Assembly: GCA_965223545.1 (NCBI GenBank)
Contig: OZ245006.1
Span: 4,768,001-4,832,000 of the forward strand
Source of the DNA: Planctomycetota bacterium
GTDB lineage: Bacteria > Planctomycetota > UBA1135 > UBA2386
Direction of reading: 5' to 3'
Length of the DNA stretch: 64,000 nucleotides
Shown here: positions 40,087 to 51,881 of the stretch, in pieces
How the letters are laid out: each line of letters starts with the position of its first letter
Numbering within the stretch: the first letter of the stretch is position 1
Program-made: the position numbers and the translations under genes
The notes under the pieces: generated by a model
Database searches by the model: none
Told to the model about the DNA's origin: nothing
Seen by the model: the letters and a program-made list of their open reading frames with translations, nothing else

Positions 40087-41885
40087 CAGTGGTCCGTGTG
40101 CAGCTCGATCAAGTACAAGACGTAGCCCTCCTCCGGCTCCAGCTCGGGCTCGGCGCGCAGCGCGAACGACTCCGGCGCTGGGGCCAAGAGCACGCAGAGC
40201 GCCGAGGGCCGCTCGACGAGCGCTCGGAACGCGCTCGGGCGCAGGAGACCGAAACGCTCGGCCAGCAAGGTGATCGCATGCTGTTGCGCCAGAGCTTGCA
40301 GCCGCTCCGACACGCTGTCGTCGTCCGAGCCGGCGAAGTGATGGCTGGCGCGCAAGACGCGGTCCTCGCCGACGAAGTGTTGCAGCGGAAACGAAACCCC
40401 TTCGGCGACGAGCTCGTTCCCGTCGCGGTACAGGTTGCGGACGCCGCCTGCCTCGATCAGCCAGGCCTTGGTGACCGAGGGGAGCGCGCCGACCGCCCGC
40501 AGCCGGGAGACGCGGGCCGGGCCGGCGGCCTGCTCCGCGGTTTCGTCGTCGGCGTCGAGCACCTCGAGCGAGAAGTCAGGGCCGGGCAGGCTGGCACGAC
40601 GCACCAGGGAGCGAAACGAGAACATCGGGATGTCGACGCGCATGGCGCCGGCGCGGCCGTTGTCGATCAGGGCGTTGACGGCCTCTTGTTCCTGGGCAGT
40701 GGACAGCAGCGCGCCGTCGCCCGATTCCGACAGCGTGTAGAGCGCACCGTCGGTGGCGAACACTTGTGTGTACTGGGTCACCGCGTGCTCCCCGTCTCCC
40801 ATCGGCGTCGCCACGGCGAGGGTCAGGACGCGGCTGCGCTCGCCGTGCCCGCGGGCGCCGATCACCATCAGCAGCCAGGTGAAGAGAGCGACGCAGGTCA
40901 GCAGGCCGGCGATCGATATGCGGTAGTCCAGTCCGCGCCGCGCCAAGCGCCAGTGCACCGGGCCAACCAGCAGCAAGAACACGACCGCGACGGCGAAGAT
41001 CAAAGGCCAGCTGTGGCGCACCGGCACCAGGCCGCGGAGTGATTGCAGGATCGGTGTTGCCAGGGAGTAGGCGCTGTTCTCCTCGGCGCGGCGCCGGTTG
41101 ATGTCCTCGATCTCCTCGAGAGTGGTCGTGTCGGTGTGCAGCGACAGCATCGCCGGCACCAGTCCCGCCGCGGAGCGGTCGTAGCGGATCACCGTGCCGC
41201 TGCCCACGGCGAAGCGTTGCAACGGGAGGTTGAGTGGGGTGAGGATCCCCTCGAACTCGGGAAACGCGCCGCCGCGCCGCATGAGGTGGAGTCGCCCGCC
41301 CGCGCGCAGCCAGTGCAAGAACGCCCGCTGCCGCGGTGGATCCCACGTCGGCGCATGGTCGAGCACGGCTTCCCGCAGGGTCTGCGCGCCTCCGGATGTC
41401 GCCGGAAACCAGGCCGCCGGGAACTCGGGAATGGTGCCGCGCGCGGCGCGCACTCCACTGGTGGAGCGCAGCACGGCGACCGCACCGTGGCCCAGGCGCA
41501 GCCCGGGGACGCTCTCGCGCTGCAGGCGCGCCCCGCGGAACTGCAGCTCCCAGAGCTCGGTGTGGCGCAGCACCAGAGGAAAGAACTGCACCACGCGGCG
41601 GGAGCCCGGGGTCAGAAAGCACGGTTCGACCAGCGTGCCGCCCATCTGCGACAAGCCGTTGCTGCGCCACAGCGTCAGCTGCGTCTCGACGGGGGCGTTG
41701 GTGTCGTTCTCGACGACCAACGTCAGTGGGTTGAACTGACCCGGCACCACGCGCCCGTCGAAGCCCCAGTGTGCTTCGACGACGCGCTGGGCACGGACAC
41801 CACCGCCGAGCGACGCGAGCGAGACCGCGGCGAGCATGGCCGTGGCGGCGCGCATCCGACGCGAGAGATTGCGAGCCCGCTGCAT
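40086..41885 (-). CDS. Membrane protein with extracytoplasmic domain, unknown function
   Basis: Signal peptide, WGFDG motif, two internal TM helices; translationally coupled. Confidence 0.8.
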   Translation of the reverse strand: MQRARNLSRRMRAATAMLAAVSLASLGGGVRAQRVVEAHWGFDGRVVPGQFNPLTLVVENDTNAPVETQLTLWRSNGLSQMGGTLVEPCFLTPGSRRVVQFFPLVLRHTELWELQFRGARLQRESVPGLRLGHGAVAVLRSTSGVRAARGTIPEFPAAWFPATSGGAQTLREAVLDHAPTWDPPRQRAFLHWLRAGGRLHLMRRGGAFPEFEGILTPLNLPLQRFAVGSGTVIRYDRSAAGLVPAMLSLHTDTTTLEEIEDINRRRAEENSAYSLATPILQSLRGLVPVRHSWPLIFAVAVVFLLLVGPVHWRLARRGLDYRISIAGLLTCVALFTWLLMVIGARGHGERSRVLTLAVATPMGDGEHAVTQYTQVFATDGALYTLSESGDGALLSTAQEQEAVNALIDNGRAGAMRVDIPMFSFRSLVRRASLPGPDFSLEVLDADDETAEQAAGPARVSRLRAVGALPSVTKAWLIEAGGVRNLYRDGNELVAEGVSFPLQHFVGEDRVLRASHHFAGSDDDSVSERLQALAQQHAITLLAERFGLLRPSAFRALVERPSALCVLLAPAPESFALRAEPELEPEEGYVLYLIELHTDH

Positions 41886-43816
41886 CAGCGTGCCGGAGTT
41901 CGACCTTGCTCCACGGCGGTACCATACCGCGGCCGGCGCCGGTAGAACCACCAGTCGGCGAGCAGCAGCGGCAGGCCGAGCAGTGCCAGCCAGGACCACA
42001 GCGACCGGGCGGGATCGAGGTCCGCGGCGGCGCCGCGCACGGTCAGCTCATCCAGCATCAGCTGTTCGCGGGCCTCGAGCAGCGTCTCCCGGCGCTCGAG
42101 CAAGTTGACGCCGAACCGCCGCTGCACGGCGTCACCAACACGCACGGTGTGCCAACCACAGCGCGGCGCCGACAGACCCAGCGCGATCCCGCCGGTGACC
42201 GCGCGCTGTTGTCGGCTGCCGTCGGGTGCCTCGAGCGCGACCGCGTTGGCTGTCGTGCCGACGTCGACGGCGGGCAGCGGTCCGGCGCGCAACGCCTCGA
42301 CGTCGCGCAGCCCGGCAGCCTGCAGTGCCAGGCCGCTCAGGTTGGCCAACATCACCGGGAACGCGACCCGATAGGGCAGCGTCGATTGCTCGGGATCGAA
42401 CAGCATGGCGAACACCTGCGCCGCGGAGGGGTCGCGGCCTCGGCGCACGAGTAGCGGCCCGCGGGTGCCGTGTACCAGGACCTCGTAGCCGGCTTGCTCG
42501 AGCTCGCGCTCGCTGTGTGACGGTCGCCACGCGGGCTGTTCGAGGACCAGCAGATCGTCGAGCAGCGCGTGCCGCAGCAGCGGGGCCGCCCGGTCCCAAT
42601 CGACGACCGCGGAGCCGCCGTCGAGCACCTCGACGACTTCGGCCAGGACGTCGGGGACGCCGAGCAGGAAGCCGACGGCGTCGTCCCGCAAACGGCGCTC
42701 GTCGGCGGTGACGACCAGGTCGGGGGCGTCCGGTGCGTCCGCCTCGAGCAGCTCGGTCATCGGTTGGGCGGCGAGCGCGTGGCGAAACGCCCATTGGTCA
42801 CCGTCGACGGCGACCCGCAGGGGGCGTTGTGGGCGCAGCTCGAGCAGGCCGTGGTCGTCGGCCCGCAGCGCGTCGGCAGCCCCCGTGTGCAGCTCGACCT
42901 CGATGGTGCGCACGCGGTCGTCGTCTTCGCCGGCTGGCAACGCGACCACGAACCGCTCGGCGGTCTGAGCCTGGAGCGCCACGGGCTCGTCGACGATGGG
43001 CGCACCGTCGGCGGTGACGACCAGCCGGTCGGCGCGCGCGCCGGGCGTGCCTTCGACGACGACCAGGATCTGCCAGCCGCCCCGCGGATCGCGGCTGGCG
43101 CCCAGGTGGGTGATTCCCGCGTTCTCCACGCGGTCGCCGACCCGATCGAACTCGAGGGTGAACGGCAGCGCGAAGTCGGTAGTGTCCGGCAGGACCCCGT
43201 CGCTGATGAGGACGACGCGGTCGACTGCCACGGTCTGGGCGAGCGCCGCGGCCATGCGCAACGCTTCGCCGAGTTCATCGGCGCGGTCTTCGACGTTGAT
43301 CTCGTCGACCGCCGCGCGCAGCGCGCGGCGGTCGTTGCTGAACGAATGGGCCAGCTTGGCAGTCTTGGCGAATCCGATCAGCGCCATCGAGCCATCGGTG
43401 GCGAGTGCGTCGATCCGCTCCACGGCGCGGGCCCGTGCCATCGCCAACCGGGTCTCGGCCTCGCCGGGTGCGACGGCGGCCATGCTGGCCGACTGGTCGA
43501 TCAGCAGAATGACGCGTTCTCGCGCGGCGTCGCCGCCGATCACCGGCTGCATGAGGGCCAGGGTCAGCAGCGAGAGCAGGGCCAGCTGGAGCAGCAGCAG
43601 CAGGTTGCGCTGCAGTCTGCGCAGGGGCGCGTTGACGCGCTGGTCAGCGAGGACCGCGCGCCACAGCAACAGCGACGGCACCCGCCGCGGGGGACGGCGC
43701 AGCTTGAGCAGATAGAGCAACACCAGTGGAATCGCTGCCAACGACCACCACGCCGCGCTCGGCGCGGTGATGGTCGGCCAGTCGATGCCGAGGATGGCGG
43801 CCGTCATGGCGGTCAC
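41885..43816 (-). CDS. BatA-like N-terminal / VWA domain membrane protein
   Basis: LLYLLKLRR...VPSLLLW BatA motif; MIDAS DQSAS; ISDG; C-terminal TM. Confidence 0.88.
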   Translation of the reverse strand: MTAMTAAILGIDWPTITAPSAAWWSLAAIPLVLLYLLKLRRPPRRVPSLLLWRAVLADQRVNAPLRRLQRNLLLLLQLALLSLLTLALMQPVIGGDAARERVILLIDQSASMAAVAPGEAETRLAMARARAVERIDALATDGSMALIGFAKTAKLAHSFSNDRRALRAAVDEINVEDRADELGEALRMAAALAQTVAVDRVVLISDGVLPDTTDFALPFTLEFDRVGDRVENAGITHLGASRDPRGGWQILVVVEGTPGARADRLVVTADGAPIVDEPVALQAQTAERFVVALPAGEDDDRVRTIEVELHTGAADALRADDHGLLELRPQRPLRVAVDGDQWAFRHALAAQPMTELLEADAPDAPDLVVTADERRLRDDAVGFLLGVPDVLAEVVEVLDGGSAVVDWDRAAPLLRHALLDDLLVLEQPAWRPSHSERELEQAGYEVLVHGTRGPLLVRRGRDPSAAQVFAMLFDPEQSTLPYRVAFPVMLANLSGLALQAAGLRDVEALRAGPLPAVDVGTTANAVALEAPDGSRQQRAVTGGIALGLSAPRCGWHTVRVGDAVQRRFGVNLLERRETLLEAREQLMLDELTVRGAAADLDPARSLWSWLALLGLPLLLADWWFYRRRPRYGTAVEQGRTPAR

Positions 43817-44709
43817 GACAGCCATCCCCTCCGGCGCAGAGTGTCCAGCAAGGCGTGCTCGACCGGCGTGCTCGCGTCCAGGCACGCGTAGCGGCCGCCG
43901 CGCTGGCGGCACAGCGACTCGATCTGTCGCTGCAGCGCCGCGCGATGGCCGTGGTACAGGTCGAGCAGCGACTCGGTCGCGGTGACGTCCAGCACCGCCC
44001 CGGTCTCGCTGTCGACCAGGCGCACATCGTGGCCGAGCTCGGGGTTGAGCTCGTCCGGCGCGAGGATCTGTAGGCCGGAGACCTCGAGGCCGAGGCCGTG
44101 GGCGCGGTTGAACGATGGCCGCAACTCGCCGGCGGTGAGGAAGTCGGACAACACGATCAGCAGGCCGCGACCACGATGCACCCTGAGCATGGCGTCGAGT
44201 CCGCGTTCGATGGGCAGGGCGCCGCCGGCTTCGACCTGTTCGAAGAAGGCGAACCAGCGCATCATCGAGCGCCGGCCGGGGGTCAGCCGCAGCTGCCTGA
44301 GGCCACCGTCACGCGCGTCGAACACGTAGCCGTGGGCGCGCTCGCCGCCGGTCAGCGCCATCACACCGAGCCCCGCCGCCAGCTGCTGCGCGAGCCGCAG
44401 CTTGCCGCCGGCGGCCATCGATGCCGAGCCATCGATCAGCACCGTTACGCACAGCTCCTCCTCGTCGTGGTAGAGGCGCGTGTAGGGACGGCCGAGCCGG
44501 GCGAACAACCCCCAGTCGAGGAATCGAATGTCGTCGCCGGCGGCGTAGTCGCGGAAATCTTTGAACTCGAGGCTGTTGCCGCCGCGTCGTGCGCGGTGCT
44601 CGCCGCGGCCGCGATTGGTGAAGCGGCGACCGCTGAGCAGGCGCAGGCGCTCGACCCGCGCCAGCAGGTCGTTGTCGAGCAGCGTCGTGAGCTGGGTGGC
44701 GGATGCCAT
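43813..44709 (-). CDS. DUF58 domain protein
   Basis: SLEFKDFRDYAAGDDIRFLDW; DGSASM; LSDF. Confidence 0.93.
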   Translation of the reverse strand: MASATQLTTLLDNDLLARVERLRLLSGRRFTNRGRGEHRARRGGNSLEFKDFRDYAAGDDIRFLDWGLFARLGRPYTRLYHDEEELCVTVLIDGSASMAAGGKLRLAQQLAAGLGVMALTGGERAHGYVFDARDGGLRQLRLTPGRRSMMRWFAFFEQVEAGGALPIERGLDAMLRVHRGRGLLIVLSDFLTAGELRPSFNRAHGLGLEVSGLQILAPDELNPELGHDVRLVDSETGAVLDVTATESLLDLYHGHRAALQRQIESLCRQRGGRYACLDASTPVEHALLDTLRRRGWLS

Positions 44710-44715
44710 CGATCT

Positions 44716-45704
<989 letters not shown>

Positions 45705-45708
<4 letters not shown>

Positions 45709-48647
45709 CGGTCGTCCTCGTCGAGGTTGCTGCGGCGCTTGCGCGCGAGCAGCCGGGCCATGGTCGTTTGCTTTTCGTCGTCGTCGGTCTCGGTGGGCTG
45801 CGGCGCCGGTGCGGTGCGCGGCGGTGCGGGCGGAGCGGCTCCCGGTTCCGCGGGTGTTGCGGCCGGCGTCGGCGTCGCTGGCGCCGCAGTGGGTGCGGCC
45901 GGCGTGGTCGGCTGTTGGTGCCGCTGTTTGGCCTCGAGCAGGTCGCGCACGGTTTGCTGGCGAGCGATCGGTTCGCGGCGCGGCAGCTGGAGTCGGCGGA
46001 ACGCGACCGCCAGCGGCAGCAGCACCATGATTGTGGCCAGCAGCAGGTCGAAGATCGGCCGTTGCGTGCGCGGTGCCGCCGCGCGGCGGTCGAACAGCTC
46101 TGCGCCGCCCTCGTCGCCGGAGAGCATGCGGCCGCCGGTGCGGCTGGCGATCTGCCGCAGGGTGGCGGGATCGGCGCGAAAGCGGAGAAACTCGCTGCCG
46201 TACGGCACGGCGAAGCCGGTGTGTGTCCGCCCGCCCTCACCGGCGCCCAGCGCCTGGATCGAGGCGCGGTAGTGGCCGACGCCGGTCAGCGGAAACCGGG
46301 CTTCGTAGCGGCGTGGTCCGACCTGGTCGAGCATCACCTCAAGCGAGCCCTGCGGAGTCTCGACCACCGCCATGAGGTCCAGTGGGTTGCCCTGCTCGGC
46401 GAGGTCTTCGACCTCGATCAGGCCTTCGTCGCGGAGCGGCATGCTGCGCGCCGCGAGGGCGCGGCTGGTCCGCGCCCGGGCGATGTCGGTGATCAGTGCT
46501 TGCGCGAAGCGCGGACCGTGTTCCCACGCCGCCCAATCGCGGCCCCAGCGCGGCGCCAGATCCGCGGTGAACGCTGCCGCCGCGCCGACGCCGTAGCGCC
46601 ACCGCGCCAACACCGGATCGGGCTCGGCTTCGTCCGGTCCCTCGAGCACGGTCAGAGCGCGCGGCTTCGGGGTCGTCAAGATGTAGCCGTGCAGCGGAGG
46701 CAGTGCGCCGAGACCGTCGACCATGCGCGCGGTGGTCTCGATGGTCGGCACGAACGTCTTCTCCTGGATCGCGTCTCGCCGCAGGGTGCGGGCCTCCTTG
46801 ATGAAGATCGCCGGCAGCTCGTTGGGCGATGCGGGCAAATAAAAGCGGCCGCCGGTTTGCGTGGCAATGTCGCGCATGCGGCGCGCGTCCGGTGACGCGG
46901 CGCCACCGCCGTGCGGAAACACCGCGACGGTGGAGATGCGGATGTTGGCGGCGCGGTAGGCGGCCAGCAGCTCCGGCGTCGGCGGCGTGGGGTCGCCGTC
47001 CGAGATGATGACCACCTGCTTGGCGGCGGCGTCGGATGCTGTCAAGCCCGTCAGCGCGTGCTGCATCGTCGGGGCAAAGGCCGGCATGTCGCCGATCAGC
47101 GCCCCCGTCACCCTGGGCGCCAGCCGCTCGTACTCGCGCGCCGGAGTCAGCGGAAACAGCCAGCCGTCCCCCGAGCGTTCGAAGGCGAGCACGCCGACCT
47201 CGTCGCCGGGCTGGAGCACCTGCATTGCCTGCAGCGTGATGCGCTTTCCCCAGGTGTTGCCCTGCGGGAACTCGCAAGTGTGCAGGATCACCGCCAGCGC
47301 CCCCTTGGGCATCTGCTTGCGCAACGTCATGTCGAGGTCCACGGGCAGCAGCTCCTCGATCGGCGATGCGCGCCAACCTCCCGGGCCGAAGCTGTCCGGT
47401 CCACCGACCATCAAGAAGCCGCTGCCCTGGTGGAACACCGCGTCGTGTAGCGCCTCGAGCTGACGCGCATCGAAGCCGTCCCGGGCGACATCGACGAACA
47501 CGATGCAGTCGTAGGGCAGCAGCGCGATCGGTTCGGCGGGAACTCCGGCCGGCGTCGTCACGTCGACGATGCGCTGTTGGGCACGGGCGGCCTCGACCCA
47601 GAGGGCCGCATCGCGGGGGTCGCCGCTCTGCACGATCAACACCCGGCCCTCGCCCTCGAGATACAGCGAAGCCGTGGCGACGTTGTTGGCTTCGAAACCG
47701 TCGGCTTCGGCGGTGGGCTCGACGCGGGCGACGAACTCGTAGTAGCCGGTCGCATCGACGATCAGTGGCACGGCGAAGCGCGACTTGCCGGTGTCGTAGT
47801 CGATCGGCTGCCGCAGCACCTCGGTGCCGTTTTGTTCGAGCACCAGCTGGCCGGCGCCCGGCCGCAACGAAGACAGCACGACGGCCGCCTCGATGGTGTC
47901 GCCGACGATCGCGTTGCGCGGCAGCTCCAGCTTCTCGAGCCAGACCTCGTCCTCGATGCCGTAGTCGATCCCGAGGACGTCGACCATCACGCCGCGCGCC
48001 GCCAGGGCATCGACGACGCTCCACAGCTCGCCTTCGGTCGCGACCCCGTCACTGACCAGCACGATCCGACCCGTGCGGTCGGGCGGCAGCATGGCGGCTG
48101 CCGTGGACAGGGCCTCGCCGAGGTCGGTGCCGTCGCGGGCGACCTCGACGTTGACTCCCTCGAACGGCAGCGCCGTCGACGGCGGCAGCTCGACGCCGGC
48201 GTTGCGGGCGAAGAACAACAGCCCGACCTCGTCGCGCTCGGGCTTCTCACTGGCCCCGCGCAGCAGAAAGCCGATGGCTTCGTCGCTGGCATTCGCTCCG
48301 ATGGACGCGGAGTGGTCGATGGCGTAGACCACCGACAGGCGCGGGTCGACGCGCAGCAGGCGGGGTTCGGCAAGGCTGCCGAGCAGCAGGGTGACGAGCA
48401 AGAGCTGGGCTGTGACGACCAACACGGCCCGCGCACCGTGCAGATCGTTGCGGCCGCGGCGATGCACCCACCACAGCCACGGCACGACGACGGGCAGGGC
48501 GGCGAGCCACCAGGGTTGGCCGAGCTCGAGGCGCCGCGCGAGTGTCGCGCCGAGGATCGCACTGCCGAGCACCGTCAGATAGCCGATCGGCCAGCCCCAA
48601 TGGCAGCCGGCCCGCAGCCGCTCCCACGGTGTGGGGCGCGCGCTCAT
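45705..48647 (-). CDS. VWA plus glutamine-amidotransferase-like domain membrane protein
   Basis: DHSAS MIDAS, VSDG; GFLMVGGPDSFGPGG; second VWA-like domain (IISDGDP); C-terminal TM. Confidence 0.85.
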
Positions 48648-50491
48648 GGCCGGACCTCCAGCAGGCGGTGGTTGCCGGTGTCGGCGACCATGAGGCGCTC
48701 GTCGTCGACCCAAGCCAGCGCCCAGGGGGTGGCCAGCTCACCGAAGCCCGAGCCGGCGCGGCCGTAGCGCGCCAGCAGGCTGCCGTCACGGCGCACGCCA
48801 GTGATCCGACCGGCGCCGTACTCCACCAGCCACAGATTGGCTGCGGGTCCGAGGCACAGGTCGTACGGCAGGTCCAGCTCGACGGTCTCGAGCACGCCGA
48901 GGAACTCGCCGCTGTCGGAAAAGCGTTGGATCCGGGCACCCATTGCGTCGGCGACATAGAGGACGCCGTCGTGCCAGCACAGTCCACTGGGCCTTTGGAA
49001 CGCGCCCGGCGCGGTGCCGAACGCGCCGAACGCCGCGATGGGTTCACCGGTTTTGGTGAACTTTTGGATGCGGTCGTTGCCGCCGTACTCCGCGACGTAC
49101 AGGAAGCCATGCGGATCTTGGACGATGCGCACCGGGTAGCCGAACTCGCCGAGGCCGGTGCCGTGGCGGCCGCGCATGGCGACGACATTGCCCTCGCGGT
49201 CGAAGAACACCAGCCGGTGGTAGTGCGTGTCGGCGACGATCACGCGGCCGTCGGCCGTCGCGCAGATTCCCTCCGGCCGGCCGACGTCGTGGGCCGGCAT
49301 CCACCACGAGCGCAGCAAGTTGCCGTCGGCGGCGAACAGCAGCACGCGGCCGACGTTGTCGAGGACCCACCAGCGGCCGTCGCGGTCGGCAGCGACTCCG
49401 CGCGGAGCCGGCACGCTGGTGCCGGTCGGCGGCATCGACAGCTGTCGGACACCGGGCGGCGCCTCATCGGATGGGCCGCCGCAGCCGGCGGCGCCGAACC
49501 CGAGCAGGAGGGTCGCCAGCAAGACGAGCTGGCGCAAGACGACGCGGGTGCCGGCCGGGATCGAGGCGCGCCCGCAATGGCGCAGGACGACCGACTCGCC
49601 GCTCGTCACGTCGGACACGCGCGAAGCGGTGATGCCGCGCTCGGCGCGGTTGTCTTCCAGGCGCAGCGGCCCCGCCGGGTCGGCATCCAGCGCGAGCCGG
49701 TGCGGTCGAATGCCGACCGCGCCGTTCGGCGACGCGCCGGCGGCCAGCCACCGGTGGGCGGAATCGGCCGGTAGCCAGTTGAGCGGGCCCAGGAGTTCGC
49801 CGAGGGCACGGCTGGGCGGGGCGTGGTCGAGGGTCTCCATCGGGCCGTCGTAGACCACGCGGCCGTCGGCCAGCGCGATCGCGCGTTCGCCGAAGGTGGC
49901 CGCCGCTTGCGCATCGTGGCCGGCGATGACGAGCGCCGTGTCCCGCGCGCGCGCGACCGCGAACAGCCGGGTGTGCAGGCGCGCAGCCTGTGCTGGCCCC
50001 AGGTGGCAGAACGGCTCGTCCAGCACCGCGATGGGGGCGCCGCTCGCCAGCGCCCGTGCCACCGCCAGCCGATCGCGTTCGCCGGCGGACAGCTGCGGCG
50101 GGAGAGTCCGCGCCAGCTCGGTCAGCTCGAAGTCGGCGAGCAGCTGATCGACCGAGGGCTGTGGCGCGGGCGGCCGCGGCAGCGCGTACTGCAAGTGCGC
50201 GCGCACGTCCAGGTGCGGCCACAAGCCGCCGTCGGCCGGGGCCCATGCGCACCGCACGACCCCTGGCGGCGGCTCGAGGTGGCATTGGACTCTGCCGCGA
50301 TCGGCGCGCGCGAAGCCGACGAGCAGGTCGAGCAGAGTGGTCTTGCCAGCGCCCGAGTGGCCGAGCACGAACGTCGCGCCCCGCTCGACGCGCAACTCGT
50401 CGAGGCAAAGGCGTGGGCGGTCTCGCGTACCGACGCGGACGTCGCGCAGCGTCCACAGCACCGGTGATGCGTTGCTCGGTCCTTTGCTCAT
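48644..50491 (-). CDS. ABC ATP-binding domain fused to NHL-repeat domain
   Basis: GHSGAGKT, LSAGE, VLDEP; hydrophobic segment ending AAGC; NHL repeats (VADTHYHR, VAEYGGNDRIQKF, VADTGNHR). Confidence 0.85.
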   Translation of the reverse strand: MSKGPSNASPVLWTLRDVRVGTRDRPRLCLDELRVERGATFVLGHSGAGKTTLLDLLVGFARADRGRVQCHLEPPPGVVRCAWAPADGGLWPHLDVRAHLQYALPRPPAPQPSVDQLLADFELTELARTLPPQLSAGERDRLAVARALASGAPIAVLDEPFCHLGPAQAARLHTRLFAVARARDTALVIAGHDAQAAATFGERAIALADGRVVYDGPMETLDHAPPSRALGELLGPLNWLPADSAHRWLAAGASPNGAVGIRPHRLALDADPAGPLRLEDNRAERGITASRVSDVTSGESVVLRHCGRASIPAGTRVVLRQLVLLATLLLGFGAAGCGGPSDEAPPGVRQLSMPPTGTSVPAPRGVAADRDGRWWVLDNVGRVLLFAADGNLLRSWWMPAHDVGRPEGICATADGRVIVADTHYHRLVFFDREGNVVAMRGRHGTGLGEFGYPVRIVQDPHGFLYVAEYGGNDRIQKFTKTGEPIAAFGAFGTAPGAFQRPSGLCWHDGVLYVADAMGARIQRFSDSGEFLGVLETVELDLPYDLCLGPAANLWLVEYGAGRITGVRRDGSLLARYGRAGSGFGELATPWALAWVDDERLMVADTGNHRLLEVRP

Positions 50492-50495
50492 GGCG

Positions 50496-51881
50496 TCAGG
50501 GTGCCTGGCGCGGCACTCGCCCAGACCCGGCCCACAGCATGGTGACGGCAGCCAGCGCCGTCCAGACCGCGGTGATCGCGATGAGCAGGCTGGCGCTGAG
50601 CGCGTCACTGTGGCCGTAGTGCATCAGGTTGTAGAGCCGCACGGCGACCGGTGGTGCGCCGGGAGGGGCGAGCACCGCGCTGGCCACGACTTCGAACGTC
50701 AGCGTGGCGAACAGGACCGCGAACGCCAGCACCCGCGGCGCGCCGGTCAGCCGGCGGAGCAGCGCGCGCCGGCCGGGTCCCGCCGGCAGCAGCCGCGCTT
50801 GGTGCACGTCGGCGCGGTCGCGGCGGCTGGTATCCAGGGCGACGAGCAGCACCGCGGGCGGCATGGCGATCACGGTGAGCGCGGCCAACCAGGGCAGCGG
50901 TGTGCCGTGCAGCGCGCCGAGTCCGATCGAGTCGATCCCGCTCTGCACGGTCAAAGCGACGACCAGGCCGCCGGCGCACCCCGGAGCGCACAGCAGCGGC
51001 GCAAGCCAGGCGCGCGCGCGCGAGCGCCACGCCGCGGCGGCCAGCTCCAGCGCGGCGAAGGCCGCGAGGGCCGCGCCCATGGCCGAGCGGCCGAGGTCGC
51101 TCCAGGTGCGCGCCGAGGTCAAGGTGCCGGTCCACGCGTCGGCGCTCACACCGCGGCCGGTGACTACCCACGCCGGAACCAGGAGGGCGAGGACGAGCGC
51201 GCCGCCCAGCACCGTCCACGTGACGGCGTGGTGGTTGCGGGCCGCGGCCGGGCTCGGCCCGGCGGCTTCGCGCGCCGTGGCGCGCGCCGAGGTGGCGATC
51301 GCCAACACCGGGATCCCGACCACGGCCAACGGCAGCCCGGCTGCTCGCAGGCCGGTGACCGCCGGCTGCCCTCCGGCATGGGCGTCGAACAGGGCGGAGG
51401 TCCAGCTGGTGAGGCCGAGCAGCACCGTCAGCTCGAAGTCGCCGAACGCGAAGACGAAGACCACGCCGCCGGTCCACAGCACCGGCCGCAGCGAGCCGAA
51501 CCGCGACCGCCACCACGTCTGTCGCGCGCGGCTCGCGGCACCGTGCACCGACAACAAGAACTCGCCGGTGGCGCGCATTGGCGGCGGCGGCGCGGCGGCG
51601 CGCACTCCGGCGGCGACCGGGATCAGCTTGGCGGCGAGCAGTGCCACCAACGCGCCCTCGGCGATGGCGCGGTGCGGGGCCAGCAGCAGCGACGACCAGC
51701 CGTAGCCGAGCCAGACCCAGGGGGTGACCAGCAGCGCGCCGAGCACGCCGAGTGCCGCGGCTCGGCCCGAGGGCGTCGCTCTACGCAGCCCGCCCAGGAC
51801 GGCGCAACCGGCGGCAGTGGCGAGGAGGGCGGCGGCACCGGCGCGCAGCGCGGCAGCGGCGGCGCCGGCTTCGACGCTCAC
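50496..51881 (-). CDS. ABC importer permease (Fe3+/thiamine-type, divergent)
   Basis: Multiple TM segments; C-terminal VRLYNLMHYG; lies between the binding protein and the ATPase. Confidence 0.7.
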   Translation of the reverse strand: MSVEAGAAAAALRAGAAALLATAAGCAVLGGLRRATPSGRAAALGVLGALLVTPWVWLGYGWSSLLLAPHRAIAEGALVALLAAKLIPVAAGVRAAAPPPPMRATGEFLLSVHGAASRARQTWWRSRFGSLRPVLWTGGVVFVFAFGDFELTVLLGLTSWTSALFDAHAGGQPAVTGLRAAGLPLAVVGIPVLAIATSARATAREAAGPSPAAARNHHAVTWTVLGGALVLALLVPAWVVTGRGVSADAWTGTLTSARTWSDLGRSAMGAALAAFAALELAAAAWRSRARAWLAPLLCAPGCAGGLVVALTVQSGIDSIGLGALHGTPLPWLAALTVIAMPPAVLLVALDTSRRDRADVHQARLLPAGPGRRALLRRLTGAPRVLAFAVLFATLTFEVVASAVLAPPGAPPVAVRLYNLMHYGHSDALSASLLIAITAVWTALAAVTMLWAGSGRVPRQAP

